Assembly: GCA_043228905.1 (NCBI GenBank)
Contig: JBHGNT010000001.1
Span: 10,106,001-10,170,000, forward strand
Direction: 5' to 3'
From: Azolla caroliniana
Taxonomy: Eukaryota > Plantae > Polypodiophyta
Length of the DNA: 64,000 nucleotides
Shown here: positions 48,238 through 62,300 of the stretch, piece by piece
Position numbering within the stretch: the stretch's first letter is position 1
Layout of the letters: each line of letters begins with the position of its first letter
Translations under genes and position numbers: made by a program
Notes under the pieces: generated by a model
The model's input: only the letters and a program-made list of their open reading frames with translations
Databases searched by the model: none
Told to the model about the DNA's origin: nothing

Positions 48238-50952
48238 TTAGAAGGTCCAAGAAGCAGAGCGAGTCATAAAGGAGGATTTCTCATTCGGATGAACATCATG
48301 GAGTGCAACCATGCCCAAGTAAGAAGGATCGTCTAGCATCATTTTGGACACAAGGTAGCCAGCGATGGACCATGTTTGGAACTTGCGAGCTTGTTTTCCC
48401 ACATATCGTCCACTTTTCCCATCGTAGTACTCCGCCCAACCCTCCTTGCCCAATCTCACCTCTAGTCGCGACATCGCTCTAGCTGCCATCTGCGGTCGGC
48501 CCGCCTTCACGCATGCCGCGGTGAACAACCACATCAACACTATGTATATTAACATTTCACACTTGTCAGTATCAACATAGAATCACATCATGTGTATACC
48601 AAGACCAAAATAGTATATAGGACATACAAGTCAAAGGACATTTTACCATGACATGAATGAAGATAAATGAGCACATTAACTTATGATGTCCCTTCTTGTT
48701 AATGTTCTCAATATGCCTATAAGGTATATACCACGAATGGTGAGAGATAGGTGTCTCGATATGCCTATAAGGTATATACCACGGAATGGCTAGAGATAGA
48801 TAGGTGTACCACGACGGGGCAAACAATAAGCGGTTGGGGTTGATATTGTCCCAAACACAATGCATAGTCCACATTTTGTACATCAGGTTAGCATAGCCCC
48901 CACCAAGGAGGTTGGTACTATGTACATATTATAAGGCTACTTTAAGTTTTGAATTTGGGATGTGAGACTGATCATGAAATGAAGTTGGGCAACTAATGTT
49001 TTAGTGGTGTGGTGTAGTGTATATGTAATACATACCTGGCCAAGAGCCCCCATTGTGATAACTCCACCTAGTGTTCTTGGGATCACACCCTGTCACGATC
49101 CTCCACTCATGGTTCTCCAATGCGGGATATGAGATTTTGAGAGGCATCTCCCCGATTAGATCCTCCCATCTTTCTTCGAACAAATCCATGATTCCTTCCT
49201 CTTGCTCGGGCGTAGCCAACGAGGCTAGAATCGCGGTACAGTTCCCCATGCAAAACCATCGGAAGTCCATCCGTGCGGGGCTTACGTTCCCGATGAAATA
49301 TCCGCCCTTTGTAGGCATGAAGTCGAACACCCAATCGGGGATGGATTCGGGGATGACATTGAACTTATTCACTGCGGTGTGTGAGTATTCCTCCGTCTTA
49401 TAGCGATACACATTATTGAGTTGCTCGAAATCAAGCCAAAAATAGGATCGGATGTGGAAACTCAATGCTTGGAGGCGTTTGTCGAGCTGTTCGATCAGCT
49501 CTTTACCACGGTTGTCGCCTTCTGGCTTCAACATGATTCGAGCACATCTTAGGGCCATGTAGAAGAGGGATTGGATTTCGATAGGATAGCCATAAATTCC
49601 CTACAAAAGTAGTTATACCCTCATTATATTTCAATAGAAAACCACATGATTAACTCAATGCCATCCACCCATCCCCATTGACACATATAACCAATATAAA
49701 CATAGTGAGACCTTATATATGCTTGACACCCTATAATATGATTAACCTCAATACAATGCTATGTGATGATTGATCCATATTATAATCCACAATGTGGGAA
49801 CCATTGGTGCAATCTTAACCCAAGCCCTCGGATATGCATGAGCGAAGAAGATTGGTCACCATCCGGCGATCCACCATAGAGCATCCGTCGGCACACAAAA
49901 GGGTCGGGAAGGTATCGAATCCTTCGGAGAGGCACAAGTTGAGGATGAGCTCCATGCCCCGTTGGCATTCGGGGCTCTCGGCTAGGCTCCAATCTCCAGT
50001 GGCCTTGGTATAGGCGCGGAGGAGGAAGATCCACCAAAAGCCCGAGTCAACGGGGGCGACCCTACCAATCGCACTCTCGCCGAAGTCCGCCACTATCGTG
50101 TCTTGGGCACGGATAGGGTTGTGCACCACTTTGAAACTCGCAGGCATCGCGCCTTTCCCTAAGGTGAAGTTGTCGATCCGTTTCTCGGAGTTGGACTGCA
50201 GGCGGATCGCTCGTAGTAAGAAGCTCTTCACGATGCCTGCCTCGTTGTTCATCAAGAACGCGAGGCCACTAGGCACAAAGTCCCTCACAAACACCTATAT
50301 ACCAAAAGTAGTAGAGAGGGTTTAGGTAGGTCCACACACTCATTGGGAAGAATTTGAGCTTATCATATATGGATGGACAAATTTTGGAAAAATTTATAAT
50401 TGTTTGGGAGGGGAGGTGAGGTGAGGATCAAGCTCCCATGTTGACATTATAAATGAAATTTGCATAATTTCTTAGATTTGTGAAAGTAATAGCTATAAAG
50501 CCTATGATGGAATTGGGTATAGGACTAAGTACCTGGTCATAGTTAAGTGCGTTCTCAGAGGGGTCCATGGCGGCAATGGTGCCAACCGGGTCGCCCCGGA
50601 AGTAGACGATCGACTTACGCAAGCAATCCCAGGCATCTAAGAAGGTGGCATTGCGCTCGAACTCCTCATCATTAGGGGGAGCCGTAGATTTCCCGGTGGA
50701 CACAATGTCGGGCGACATGTTCACGAGCCCGTCTTGCACGCTCTCCGAGTTCAATCTGCGGACATGCAGCCGCAAGCGGCGGGGCGTGAGGACCAGGAGG
50801 GGGGAGGAGGAGGTGTATGCGGCCGACACTGCTTCTTCGGGATCGAATTCCGCCAATGCCAACTGAAATTTGGGGGATGCCTCCTGGGCATGGTGCTCGT
50901 TCTCATCATTGGCCAAGTGTCCTAGAGTGGTAGTTGGCTGAGATGGTGCCAT
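48238..50952 (-). CDS. CINV: Cytosolic alkaline/neutral invertase (GH100), ~573 aa; exons 50533-50952, 49860-50294, 49036-49600, 48238-48539
   Basis: Motifs LNYDQ|[38 protein letters not shown]|[20 protein letters not shown]|[10 protein letters not shown] and QTWSIAG. GT-AG introns give an in-frame 1722-nt CDS. Confidence 0.95.
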
Positions 50953-51614
50953 GGATTTGGTTGCGGATTGAGAAGGCAAATATTATTAAATGTTTTTGAG
51001 ATTCGATGGAATGTATATATATCAATTATATGTGTATGATTAGAAGACTGTTTATGGCGATCGATCATGGAACTCTTATGCAGTTTAGTTTCCTGATGTA
51101 GGAAGGAATGGAGAGTATGTGTGAGTGCTGGTGTAAGCAAGTTTTCCTTAATATATCTGATTATTTAAGTTATGTACATTATACATATATCCCCTCCATC
51201 ATCCATTATGTATATGAAGGGAAATAAAATAAAATAGAGAGAGAGGCAGAGCTCGGAGATTAAACGCTTAACGTTTTTTAGTGGGGTTATTTATTTATTT
51301 ATTTATTTATTTATCTATCTATTTATTTATCTGTTTATTTATTTGTTTATCTATTTATTTATTGAAGTAATAAAATAATGAAGACGAATACATAAATCAA
51401 TGACAGAAAGAGAGAAAAAAATTAAAAGGAAGAAGAGAATGAAATCGGAATAAAAACTGAAATAACGGAAATGCGATGTGAGGACAGATAAATAAATAAA
51501 TGGATAAACGTGGGCTTTGCTTTTTTGTTTTCTCTTTCTTTCTTTTTGTTGGTGTTGGGTGTTTTGGGTGTGGGTGGGTGTGAGTATCCGCAGCCCCCGT
51601 CGCCGCCAAATCTC

Positions 51615-51695
51615 TTTACGTGCCTTTCACACGTGGCCCTGCCACGTCAGACACTGCACCCACGTGGACCCCCTCCCATGTGTCTCACGTGGCAC
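51615..51695. promoter_or_regulatory. Cluster of five ACGT-core G-box/ABRE-like elements upstream of the invertase
   Basis: TACGTG at 51617, CACGTG at 51630, CACGTC at 51643, CACGTG at 51661 and CACGTG at 51686. Confidence 0.55.
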
Positions 51696-54600
51696 CCCCC
51701 CCCCCCCCTTTCATTTTCTTCTTTCTCATGGTAAATTCCATCAAAGTAAAAAATAGAAGTGGAGAGCTGTGTTTTTATATACATTCGATGCAATAAGGAT
51801 TGAGCCTAGTCATTCCGGTCCCGTCCATACACACACACACACAACCACAACTTCTTCTTCTTGGATGTCAAGAGCACATGTCTCGTCAAGAGTACACGTC
51901 TACACTCCCAACATGTAACTAGCCCAACATTGTATGCAGAATCAATCTTGTGCCCTTGTTTCATGGACACTTGATGCTTGACGTATCAACATCTCAAATT
52001 GATCCCCTCCTTTCTTCATTTCATGATCTCCATATCTTATAGCTTACTTAACTTGGTACCCCCCCCTCCACTGCCCCCCTTTCCGTGCCCAACACATTTG
52101 CTATTGCCCCCATCTATTTTCTATGGGCTGAACTCTCAAATTCTAGCACTTTGAAATAATGCCCATATCCAAATTTAGACACATCAAATTCATTTGTAAC
52201 AAAATTGTTACTAATTCATCATACAATGTTGCGTGACCCAACCAAAATCGTAGAATGCAAAGTGAATTGAAGCATTCACGAATTAGTTAAGTATAAATGC
52301 ACTTGTTTTTCGGATATAGTTTAGGTAAGATTTAACTATGATAAATTTCAACCTTCTAAGTTGTAATTATTGGAATTTACCAAATAATCATGATTGTAAA
52401 AAGTAAATCAAGGCTAGATTTGGCATGATTAATAGGCAATGGTTTGTTTGGATGGCATAATTAACATGCAATGGTTTAGCATTGATACTTCTTGCAAGAA
52501 CAAAAGACATGAGCAAGATGTGTGCTACAACACAATGTGAAAAACTTTGTCTTTACGGCTTATGTAAGAATCTTCACACCTTCCACAAATTATTGGTTCC
52601 TTTTATATCAATCATTTTTACAATATTATCCAATAGGTCAATGGTAAACCTTGTGCTTTATGTCATGAAGTTCATGGATTTGGGTCTTGGGTAATGAATT
52701 TCTTAGGGACATCATCAACAATGGAAAGCACAATAACAACATTGCCTTCTGAAGTTGCATTCATGAAGAACTTCCAAACATTGGCTATCACGGTTTGTAA
52801 TGTTAGCTTTGTTGTAAATAACACTAACTTGCCACTCAACCATAGATTTGTTGAAGTTAAAACTATTCCAATCGAATGTCATGGTGTCTCTACCTAGCCT
52901 GGTATAATTGGCTCGATGCTCATATTATAGATAGTCCATAACAACTTGTTGCATACACACCAACATGTTATTGTATAGCTTGCCACATTGAAGGAAGTAT
53001 CAACATTCATACCCATAGGATCCATTTACATCGAAACAAGGTATAGGTGTTTTTAGAAAGGTAGCATGTGTGGAGTACAACCTAAACTGAACTGCATATA
53101 TTCATTTAATCAACAATGTAGATGGTGAAAAAAGATGTCTTGCATGTGTGAGGAATGGAGATTGGAGACATGAATATGATAACATTTGGCCCTAAAAGCA
53201 TCTATTTTGAATGGAAAAGCATTAAATAGCTTTAGAGCATGGTCACGACACATTTTCCACAACACAGAGCCCAAAAATTATTGTTGCATTGTATAACATA
53301 CACATTTTCCATGAAACAATAGCATGGCCCTTTGTTCTTAGTTATTTGTTGAATGAAATAATTGTTCATTTATGGGTAGTTAATCACACCAATTTTGGTG
53401 GGTTATTAGTTAATTTCGAGGCAACTAGTCATGTTATTAACTGTCAATTAATTATGCTAATTTGGTCACTTGTCTCTCAACTAATTTTTTCCTCTCTCTA
53501 AAGGCAAATTCATTATTAGATGAGATAACCATCACATTGAGGGGAATTCGTCAAAAACTTCGCCATGCATGCTTAATTAGCTACCGATGATTAACTAAGT
53601 ACCCCCATTAAGACAAAACACCTCCTTGCTCGAAACCTAGTACCACATAACTTTAATGTAGGTCTTTGTCATTCTTACACAACTTCGACCATTGGTTACT
53701 TTTACTCTCTTGCATACTCATAACTCATTGAAGGTACATGTGCATTACGACATAACTTCGTTCTTTTAAATCGTTCCATGGACAAGACACCACTTATAAC
53801 GCCCACATTATTAATGAGCTTTTCAAAAAGGTGCACAACACAATGTACGATCAAAGTGTTTTTCTTATATATCAATTTGGGAACACTAAACTTTCTAAGG
53901 CTAAAACACTTTCACTAAGCCATATGAAGTTTTCATGCACAAAAAATGGGCTAGTTATTCAAAAGTTGCAATTGTGAAGACAACTCCCATTTTTTATTGT
54001 TTTTACAAATATAACTTTGTAGTGCATTTAGAGTGTCTTGAGACTAGCCATCAAACTACATTATTAAATTCACACTTTACTTCCATAAAAGCCCTCAACC
54101 TTAATCTTGTTCTATGGAGAGAGGAGTTATAAATGATTGCCACAAAAAGCAAGTGGAGCACTAAAACCATGTTATTAACTCACTAGCCCTTATATATTGA
54201 TCATTACATCTTGTATTGCTTCAAGTTAAAGGCAATAGCGCAATTGCATTTCACGAATCCATGTGTGAATGATTGTATCACACCTAATTTGACCCTACAT
54301 ATTGTACTTAATTTTCACTTCGATCTAATCTCCATTACATACATAATTGGTTGTAATCTTCTTGTAATGTTCTTCCTAAATGTTGAGCCTCCATAGAGCT
54401 ATGAACATGAAGAACTACATCTCTGTTTCACACTAAATCACCAATGATTGCATTATTGTTACAATCTAAAATGAACGCATAAAACTACACTCAATGCAAT
54501 ATCTTTGCATCTTAAGATTAGATAGTGGCGATTTGTTTCTCCATCAAAAATATTTATGCAAATGGTATTAGTTCTATCTGCTCTTACAACAATCAACAAT

Positions 54601-55417
54601 GAAAGACTTGAAAGTTTACTCTTCTAACTATTACCAGAAACAATAAACAATGGCAGATGAAGAGCAATGATCACTACCTATGAATCAAACGTTTTCCATG
54701 ATCGTGTGTAAACAAGGAAAAGCATAAGTGAATAGGTAATAAACAGATTTGCATTGTATTATATTTCTATGCCAAGGTAAGTCTTCAAAAAAGACAAAGA
54801 GAGGAAAGCTAAGGTCTTCCTATCAGATCAGTTACTATGAGTTAATCATCTCCATCTAGAAAGCCGGCTGTCTAAGAGAACACACATTTTCATTGAAACA
54901 AGACAATTGGGTATGCTCTCCTCATAATCTCATAGACGATATATCCATATCATATACTTTTTCACTCCAACGAACATTTAATGGAAAGCAAACAAGCTTT
55001 GGCATGCCAATTTTGTGGAAAATAGATATATGCTTTCCTTGAAGCATACAAACAAAATCAAAAGATATGAAATATGTCATGGAAGCAGAAACAAGAGGTA
55101 GGTTAGTTAATAATCTCAACTTATGAAAACTGAAGAAAGAGAGTACAAATTTTTCAATTGAAATAAAAGAGGAAAACAGGTTTGCTTTCCTCGAACCTAA
55201 TTGGAGGACGTGCATCCATATAGTCTTTTCACTCAAAACAAACATAAGGAAAGCAAACAAAAGCAAGAGAATTTGGCAGATTTTGTGAGGAAGAGCTCTT
55301 CTTTCCCAAAGAGGCCATTAGTGTGAGCATGATTACCAATGGCTCGAATTTTGATCACATCTTTTGGGGCACATTACATAGCCTCTGATAACATTTTGTT
55401 CGCATGCTTAGAGTAAT

Positions 55418-57880
55418 TTAAGTCTTCTTGTTCACCTCAAACACATACTTCATCAAAGAATCCTTGATTGATAGCAACTCCGGAAACTCTTTCTTGAGCT
55501 TGGAAGCATCTAACTCATTGTTGCTTCGAGGTGCAACTATGACTTTCGCTTGCTCTTCAAGTGTGAAATTAGTATACTTGAACCCAGTATCAATGAATTC
55601 CTTATACATTTCCAAAATCTCATTGTGGCTTACCACACCAGGGTTTGTGAAGTTCCATATGCCAGTTAACCTCCGTTTTGCCATCTCAACCGCAATAGGA
55701 AGCATCTCATCCAGCACCGTCATGCTATTTGGAATGTTCACGACCTTTTGATACCTTGTTATCTTTGTTATGAAATTCCTTGGGTTCTCCAAATCCGATG
55801 AGATCGGCATCCGCACCCGAAGAGTACACACATTGTCATAGTTTTTAAGGAGATCTTCCACCTATAGCTCCATATTTGAATGGAAAACATTAAGAATCAA
55901 GCCAGGATTGCTAAAAATCAAATCAAAATATGTTCAAGAAGCAAGCATTTTAAGAACGAGCCAGATCAGGGCAAGCATGGCTAATTTTCAATGTTTTTGA
56001 AAACTTCTGTTTATTTTTTAGGATCAAGATTTGGCAATATTTAAGAGAACGTTACAAAGTTACTACCAATATTCACCAAAAATATGTGAATTTATTTTAA
56101 GGAAAGTTGAAATATTCAGCCTCTATAATGTTATGGTTTCCTATTATATAAATTTGCCCATTCATTTATACTTTGCTTCTCTTCAGGAATTCCTTATTAG
56201 TTTTTACCCTAGTTCAACTTCAGAAATCACTGCAGACGAAACTGACATGTCTAATCTTGGGTATAGGAACATTACCATTGCCTTGGTTTTGGAGTAAAAT
56301 GAGCCCGTGAAATTTGGCGTGTCTTCTTCCAAGAAACCTACACCACTACCAAGAGGATGCTTTGCATCATACTCAAAAATGCATCCAGTAGCAAAGTTCA
56401 CCAACAATAGCCCATGTTCCAAGCAAACGTCGGCCAAAGTTAGTGTCCCAACCACATTTGATCGGATAGTCTCGGTCTTGTGACTTTCACACCAGTCCAC
56501 ATTGGGACGACCGGTCACTCCTGCCGCATTGAAAACATGCGTCGGTTTTACATGCTCAATGTCCGATTCAAGTTGTGCCCGATTCTCGAGGCGTCCTGAA
56601 CCATAGTGATATTCTATACCTTGTTCTTTACAAATCTTTCCGAGAAGACCTCCGATCCATCCAGTGCGACCATATATAAGGAATTTGTACTCCTCCGAGA
56701 TGGAAGACCCATTACTAGTTTTTACCATTGAAGATTCATGTAATGATGGATGGGATCCATTACTAGTTCTCGATCCCGAAGAACCATCTAATGTGTCATC
56801 CTTAGTAGATTTATCAAGGGGTAAATCTAGCTTCTCTACGCAGCTTATTGCAAGCATTCTCGGATGTGGAACCAAAGCGCCCGAAACATCACCCCACCAT
56901 CCTGGGTTCTTCAAATACCATTCCATAGTCTTAGACAACCCATCTTCCCAGCTTGTTCTCTCTTCCCATCCTAGTTCTTTTAGCTTCTTATCATCCAAGA
57001 AGTATCTTTGATCGTTGAAAGGTCGATTCTCAACAAATTGTATCAATTTCTCAGCATCAATCTTAAAAAGTTTGCATATATCTTTGGCCACATCAAGCAC
57101 TCTTCTCTCTCTAGTGGTTCCTATGTTATACACATGACCCACTTCACCTTTATGAAGAACAACTTCAAATGCTTCTGCCACATCTTCACAATACAAATAG
57201 CTTCTCACATTGGATCCATCTCCATGAATAGGAAGGGGTCTACCTTGCATTGCAAGAAGAATGAACTTAGGAATCAATTTCTCAGGGAATTGATTAGGTC
57301 CATATACATTGTTTCCTCTGGTAGTGATGACAGGGAGGCCATATGATCGGCCATATGCCATAACAAGCATTTCAGCACCCGCCTTTGTAGCTGAATATGG
57401 ATTAGTTGGAAGAAGTTGTGAAGCTTCATGATTACCCACCATTGCATCGGCCTCGGTTTCTCCATATACTTCATCAGTGCTGACATGTATGAATCGGCGA
57501 ATGTTTCCAGTCACTTTACATGCTTCTAAGAGCACATGGGTACCATAAACATTGTTTTTGGTAAACTCGAGACTATTTCCGAATGAATTATCCACATGGG
57601 TTTGTGCTGCAAAATGCATTATAGTGTCGATTCCTTCAGTAATGAGCAAATAATTAACCAAATCCGCACTCCCAATGTCGCCTCGCACAAACTTGAAGTT
57701 TTTGGAGGTTTTTGATGGTATCAGATTTTTTAGATTTGAGCAATAGTCAAGCTTATCTAGAACCACAATCTTGTATTGTGGATACGATGCAACTAGTCGA
57801 TTCGCTACATGAGAAGCTATGAATCCTGCTGCCCCTGTTATGAGTATATTCTTTGGTGTATATGAAGCATTATTGGCCAT
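55418..57880 (-). CDS. RHM: Trifunctional UDP-L-rhamnose synthase (UDP-glucose 4,6-dehydratase plus 3,5-epimerase/4-reductase), ~682 aa; exons 56276-57880, 55418-55861
   Basis: ILITGAAGFIASH, FAAQTHVDNSF, STDEVYG, YSATKAG; second domain FLIYGRTGWIGG, GRPNVDWCE, YSKTKAM|VEDLL. The GT-AG intron keeps the frame. Confidence 0.96.
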
Positions 57881-59109
57881 GGCTATGGAGAACTTTGGTT
57901 CAGATCTTGAAAGAGGAGATATGAGATGTTAATGTAGAGTTTGATCTGAGCCAACGACGTAGATCAAATCTGCATTCCGGAAAAGGACTTTAGCGTTTGA
58001 ATGGATGAATGGCTTTGATCCAGAGAAGAGACCCTAAAAAGGGAACAGAGAAGTGGGTATTCAAGAATCAAAGATTTGCTAGAATGATCAGAGAGAGCCC
58101 TTAAAAAAAGAACAGAGGGAAGGGGAGGTACACGAGAGAGAGAGAGAGAGAGAGAGATCTTTGAATGAAATGATCTCGAGACAAAAAAACCAAACCCTAG
58201 AGAAAGACAGAGAAGAATGAAGAATATGAAAGCAGCAGGGGAAGGGGGCGGGGAGAAGAAGAGAAAACGTTTTTATGCTATAAATGGATCTGTTCTTTCT
58301 GTAGTGACAAAGAAATGGTCATCACGACGGGCTCTGTTTTTCTTTGCCCTCTGCTACGCTGGCGTGGCAGATGCTGATTGGACGCGGATCGAATTCGATC
58401 CTACGTGTAGGGGGCCGCGCCGACGTGGCCTGCTCTGATTGGGAGCCTGTCCCACGTGGCCCCCCTTATGACTTTGTTTGATGGATGGTTTATAGTCTCA
58501 CTCTCTCTCTCTCTCTCTCTCTCTCGGTGACGTGGCCAACGATGCCCTGCTACACTCGCGTGGCACATGCTGATTGGAGGTGGATCGAAATTTGATCATA
58601 CACGTGGGCGTGCTGATGTGGTGCCCATCATCACGACGACGTCTGTTGCTACGCTGATGTGGCTGGCGCTGATTGGAGGTCGATCGAATTCGATCATACG
58701 TGTGGGTGTGGTGACGTGGCCAGCTCTCCACGTGCCCACCCCCCTTGTTCCGTTACTAGTGTGTGTGACGGATGTTTTATAGTCTCTGTGTTGGTGACTG
58801 GTGGCCAACGATGCCACCAGTATGTAAATCCGAGACAACACACTCGCATCGATGATTGATTGTGCGAGAGGCCACGTAACAAACAAGCCATACATATAAA
58901 TTTATAATACATTCAAATTCCACACTCGATCCATGTTTTCTCTGAAGCATATATTAGATCCAAGGGAAATAGAACGCTCACAAAGGATCATGGTGCGTTG
59001 AAGACTTTTGGACAAGTGCATGACCAGTGAACATCAGACCAAAAAATTGCTACATCAAATTTTCATTGAACCAAAGTATTTTTTGGTTATTTCCAATCAT
59101 GCCATAGAA

Positions 59110-59358
59110 CTTTGATGAAGATAAGTTTTTGATAATAATAAAAACAGAAAGCAAGAACTAAGAAAGTTCCACTTTTGAGTTGCATAACATGATCCAATTT
59201 TAAGATTAGATAAAGTCTTGGGATTACATGTTACTGGATTTTTAAGATTATAAGAATCACCAATTTTAATATTAGATCATGTTGTGCAACTAAAAAGTGG
59301 AACTTTCTTAATCCTTGCTTTCTGTTTTTTTTTATCAAAAGCTTATTTTCATCGAAGT
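59110..59358. repeat. Fold-back (inverted repeat) element, MITE-like
   Basis: Arms of ~95 bp: GATGAAGATAAG...AAGAAAGTTCCACTTTTGAGTTGCATAACATGATC versus GATCATGTTGTGCAACTAAAAAGTGGAACTTTCTT...CTTATTTTCATC. The core is partly duplicated at ~59645-59757. Confidence 0.7.
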
Positions 59359-62300
59359 CTTGAGTTTTTTTTTTCCAAAACAAAATATTCTTCCATTAGT
59401 TAATTGTTATATAGAAAGATCATAACAGTTCAACATACAAAGTATTTTTTCCCAAGCCCGTCTTGTGTAAGATAATGGCTGAGGAAACAAATCTATGTAC
59501 TCCAACATAGAGAAAACAATCCAGTAATTACAATCTATTCCCTAGACACATTGCAAGGTATCCATATCCATAGACAACAACAAAAGTAGCTCTATTTAGA
59601 AAGAAGCCCTCTCAGGTCATAGTTATGAGCCATTCAGGTCATATCCATCGAAGTCTTGAGTTGCATAACATGGTCCAATTTTAAGATTAGATAAAGTCTT
59701 GGGATTGATTACATGTTATTGGATTTTTAAGATTATATGAATCACCAATTTTAAGATTTTTATGTAATTCATCATCACTTTCTTGGGATCCATTTTACAT
59801 GATAAAGTAATGATGTACACTATAACTCTTTCTTTTGGAGTTTAGAAGTATCCCTAGTCAGAGACGTGCATGAGTAGAATACTAGAATGTGCGATATTGA
59901 CTGATTTTGATACATGTAGTCGCTTTGCCATTGATAATATTAAATGTATTCGTGATTCCATGCTATGTTTAGAAGCAACGTCGGTGTATATTGCTTTGCT
60001 TGGAACACAAAATGATATAAAACCATTGATCATTCCATCTAAGAAGTATCAAGAATGTTAATTTCATGATCATTCAATTTATATTGCATTACAAAATTTT
60101 CTGATGATAAGACTCGCTAATCATAATTAGCTAAAATATGGTGTACTAAGTGACTACTTATTGTATGCACAAATACACATTTTTTTCGCTAGGCATAGAT
60201 CTTACCTTTTTAAATTAAAACATTCACAATAACACACATGAACATACCCTAATTTTCAATACTCGTGTTGGATGAAATTCAACAAAACTACTCTCTTGGA
60301 TCTTTACCATACATCATCATTGGGTCAAATCACAAAAATGAATGGTTTTCTTGAAAAATATAAACAATAATGGTATATCTATATAATGATAGTTCAAACT
60401 TTAGGTTCCCAATAACTCTTAACCTCATGGATGCGGATCCAAAACAAGCCCACAAGTCATTATCTTATGTTGTCCTCTAGAACCATATAGGGGGTTTCCT
60501 TTAGCATTCATGTGGAGAATAATCTCATAAAGCATGCTTCTACTCATAATGAAGTTCAACAACTAATTACCACGTAAAAACTACTTCCACAAGGGTACAC
60601 CATCAATTACATTGAATTTTAGATTACATCTTATTGAATCTTGTGCAACTTCCTACATTGGTTTCTTGGGCTAATTATCTTACTTACAATGTTTTTGCAC
60701 ACAATCAATCTCATCATATCCTCTATTCTCCCCACTTTCATGCATAACAATGTATCCTTGTTAATTTGATACAATGTGAATCGGTGATCTTTGCAACATT
60801 CTTCTTTCATTATGACCATACCCTCTTATTAATGAACACAATATTGATTAGTTTTAGGGCGTTGTCTTTCTTATGTGTTAAACCGCTCTTCATATACAAT
60901 TAAGACGAGTAACTATTTTATATGCTTTATATATTTGTAGTGTGATAGCAATTCAAATGACATTGAATCAAGATTGATAAAAGCATTGTTTCCCTTTAAA
61001 AAGGTTGTACTTTAATACTCTTTATTGCCAAGACGGTGGCATTTGAACGAATTTGGTTAAAACTCTAATGGAACTCTTTCTATGCACAATCAATTAATTA
61101 ACATTTTGTCAAAGTTGTATCGCAATATTTTGGATCATTAAAATATGTAATGCTCATGCTCATCTTTCCATAGTAGATGTGATTTCGTTAACCTTTTCTA
61201 AGATCTTCAATACAAACTACCTTGTTGTAATATTTACCAAATATAAATATGCAATAGCTTTGACCTCTAGAGAAAGTGTGGAAGAATTTCAATAGTTTTT
61301 TTTCAATGAATAATTAATTACAACAATTTTAGCAAGAAGCCCATGTCATAGAGGAACAACTAAAGTCAATATCATTCGGTATGGCATTTTACAAGTTGTA
61401 TATTGATGTAGCAAAGAAAGCATTGCCAAGTTCATGAAATATCTAAACAGCATAAACAAATAAACATTCATAGAAACAAAAACGTCAAAGAAACACCATC
61501 GCAAGAAATCACAATGAAAAATATAAGCTGAAATATGTATAAAAAATGACGAAATGAGAGGGTGACACAATATGGATCAAAGAAGTGAAAACCACAAGAA
61601 GAAAGAACAGAATAAAATGATTGGAAAATGATCCAAAGTTCAAGCTCCAAAAAATGGAAATACCAGATGCAAACATAAATAGATAAAAACTTCCACAATT
61701 AAAATTTAAAACTTAATATCTTCCTAAAAACGGTTCAATTTCCAGAAAAATACTTCCATAATTAAATTTTAAAACTTAATATCTTCTTAAAAAAAGGTAA
61801 ATTTCCACAAAAATAGTCTCCCTATTCCTAAATTTAGAACCCTTGAGTGTTGTACCATATGCTTTGTAGTGCTCAATATTTGTCTTGCATGCCACATTTG
61901 AAGAGGTCGATATATTTTACCATATGCCTCATGCATAGTGTTTGTTTCCTTGCGCTAGTTTTATGTTTCCACAACAAGTTCTCTGAGGTTTCGATTGTCA
62001 AGGTCAAGTGCAAGGCCTTTGCTTTAATTTTTTCATCATAAACTTGGGGGACAAGAGCTCATTTTGGTCATCAAACCAATAAGTGGAATCACAAGATGAG
62101 GGAGGGTAAAATAAAAAGGTAAATTAACCAAAAGAGTTCATTACATATCTTGTCTTCCACTTATTCCAACACACATTGCATGCATGGAAACTAGACGTTG
62201 TTGAATTCTTTCTCCTCTCGTTACGTCATCACGATTATGATTCACTTTAGCCATCATTGTTGTGATTTGTGATCATGGTGGTTAGGAAGTATTAGAGCTT

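Noticed and set aside
52400-53300. Faint gypsy integrase-like traces on the minus strand (similar hints at ~47200-47700 and ~60450-60900)
   Set aside because: Too degenerate to support boundaries or identity by eye; it needs tBLASTn/HMM confirmation.
56204-56275. Alternative RHM C-terminus suggested by the ORF track
   Set aside because: This is read-through into the intron after the GT donor at 56275. The conserved sequence resumes at 55861.
48238-57880. Invertase plus RHM as a sugar-metabolism gene cluster
   Set aside because: Two adjacent housekeeping genes are not enough evidence without synteny or co-expression data.
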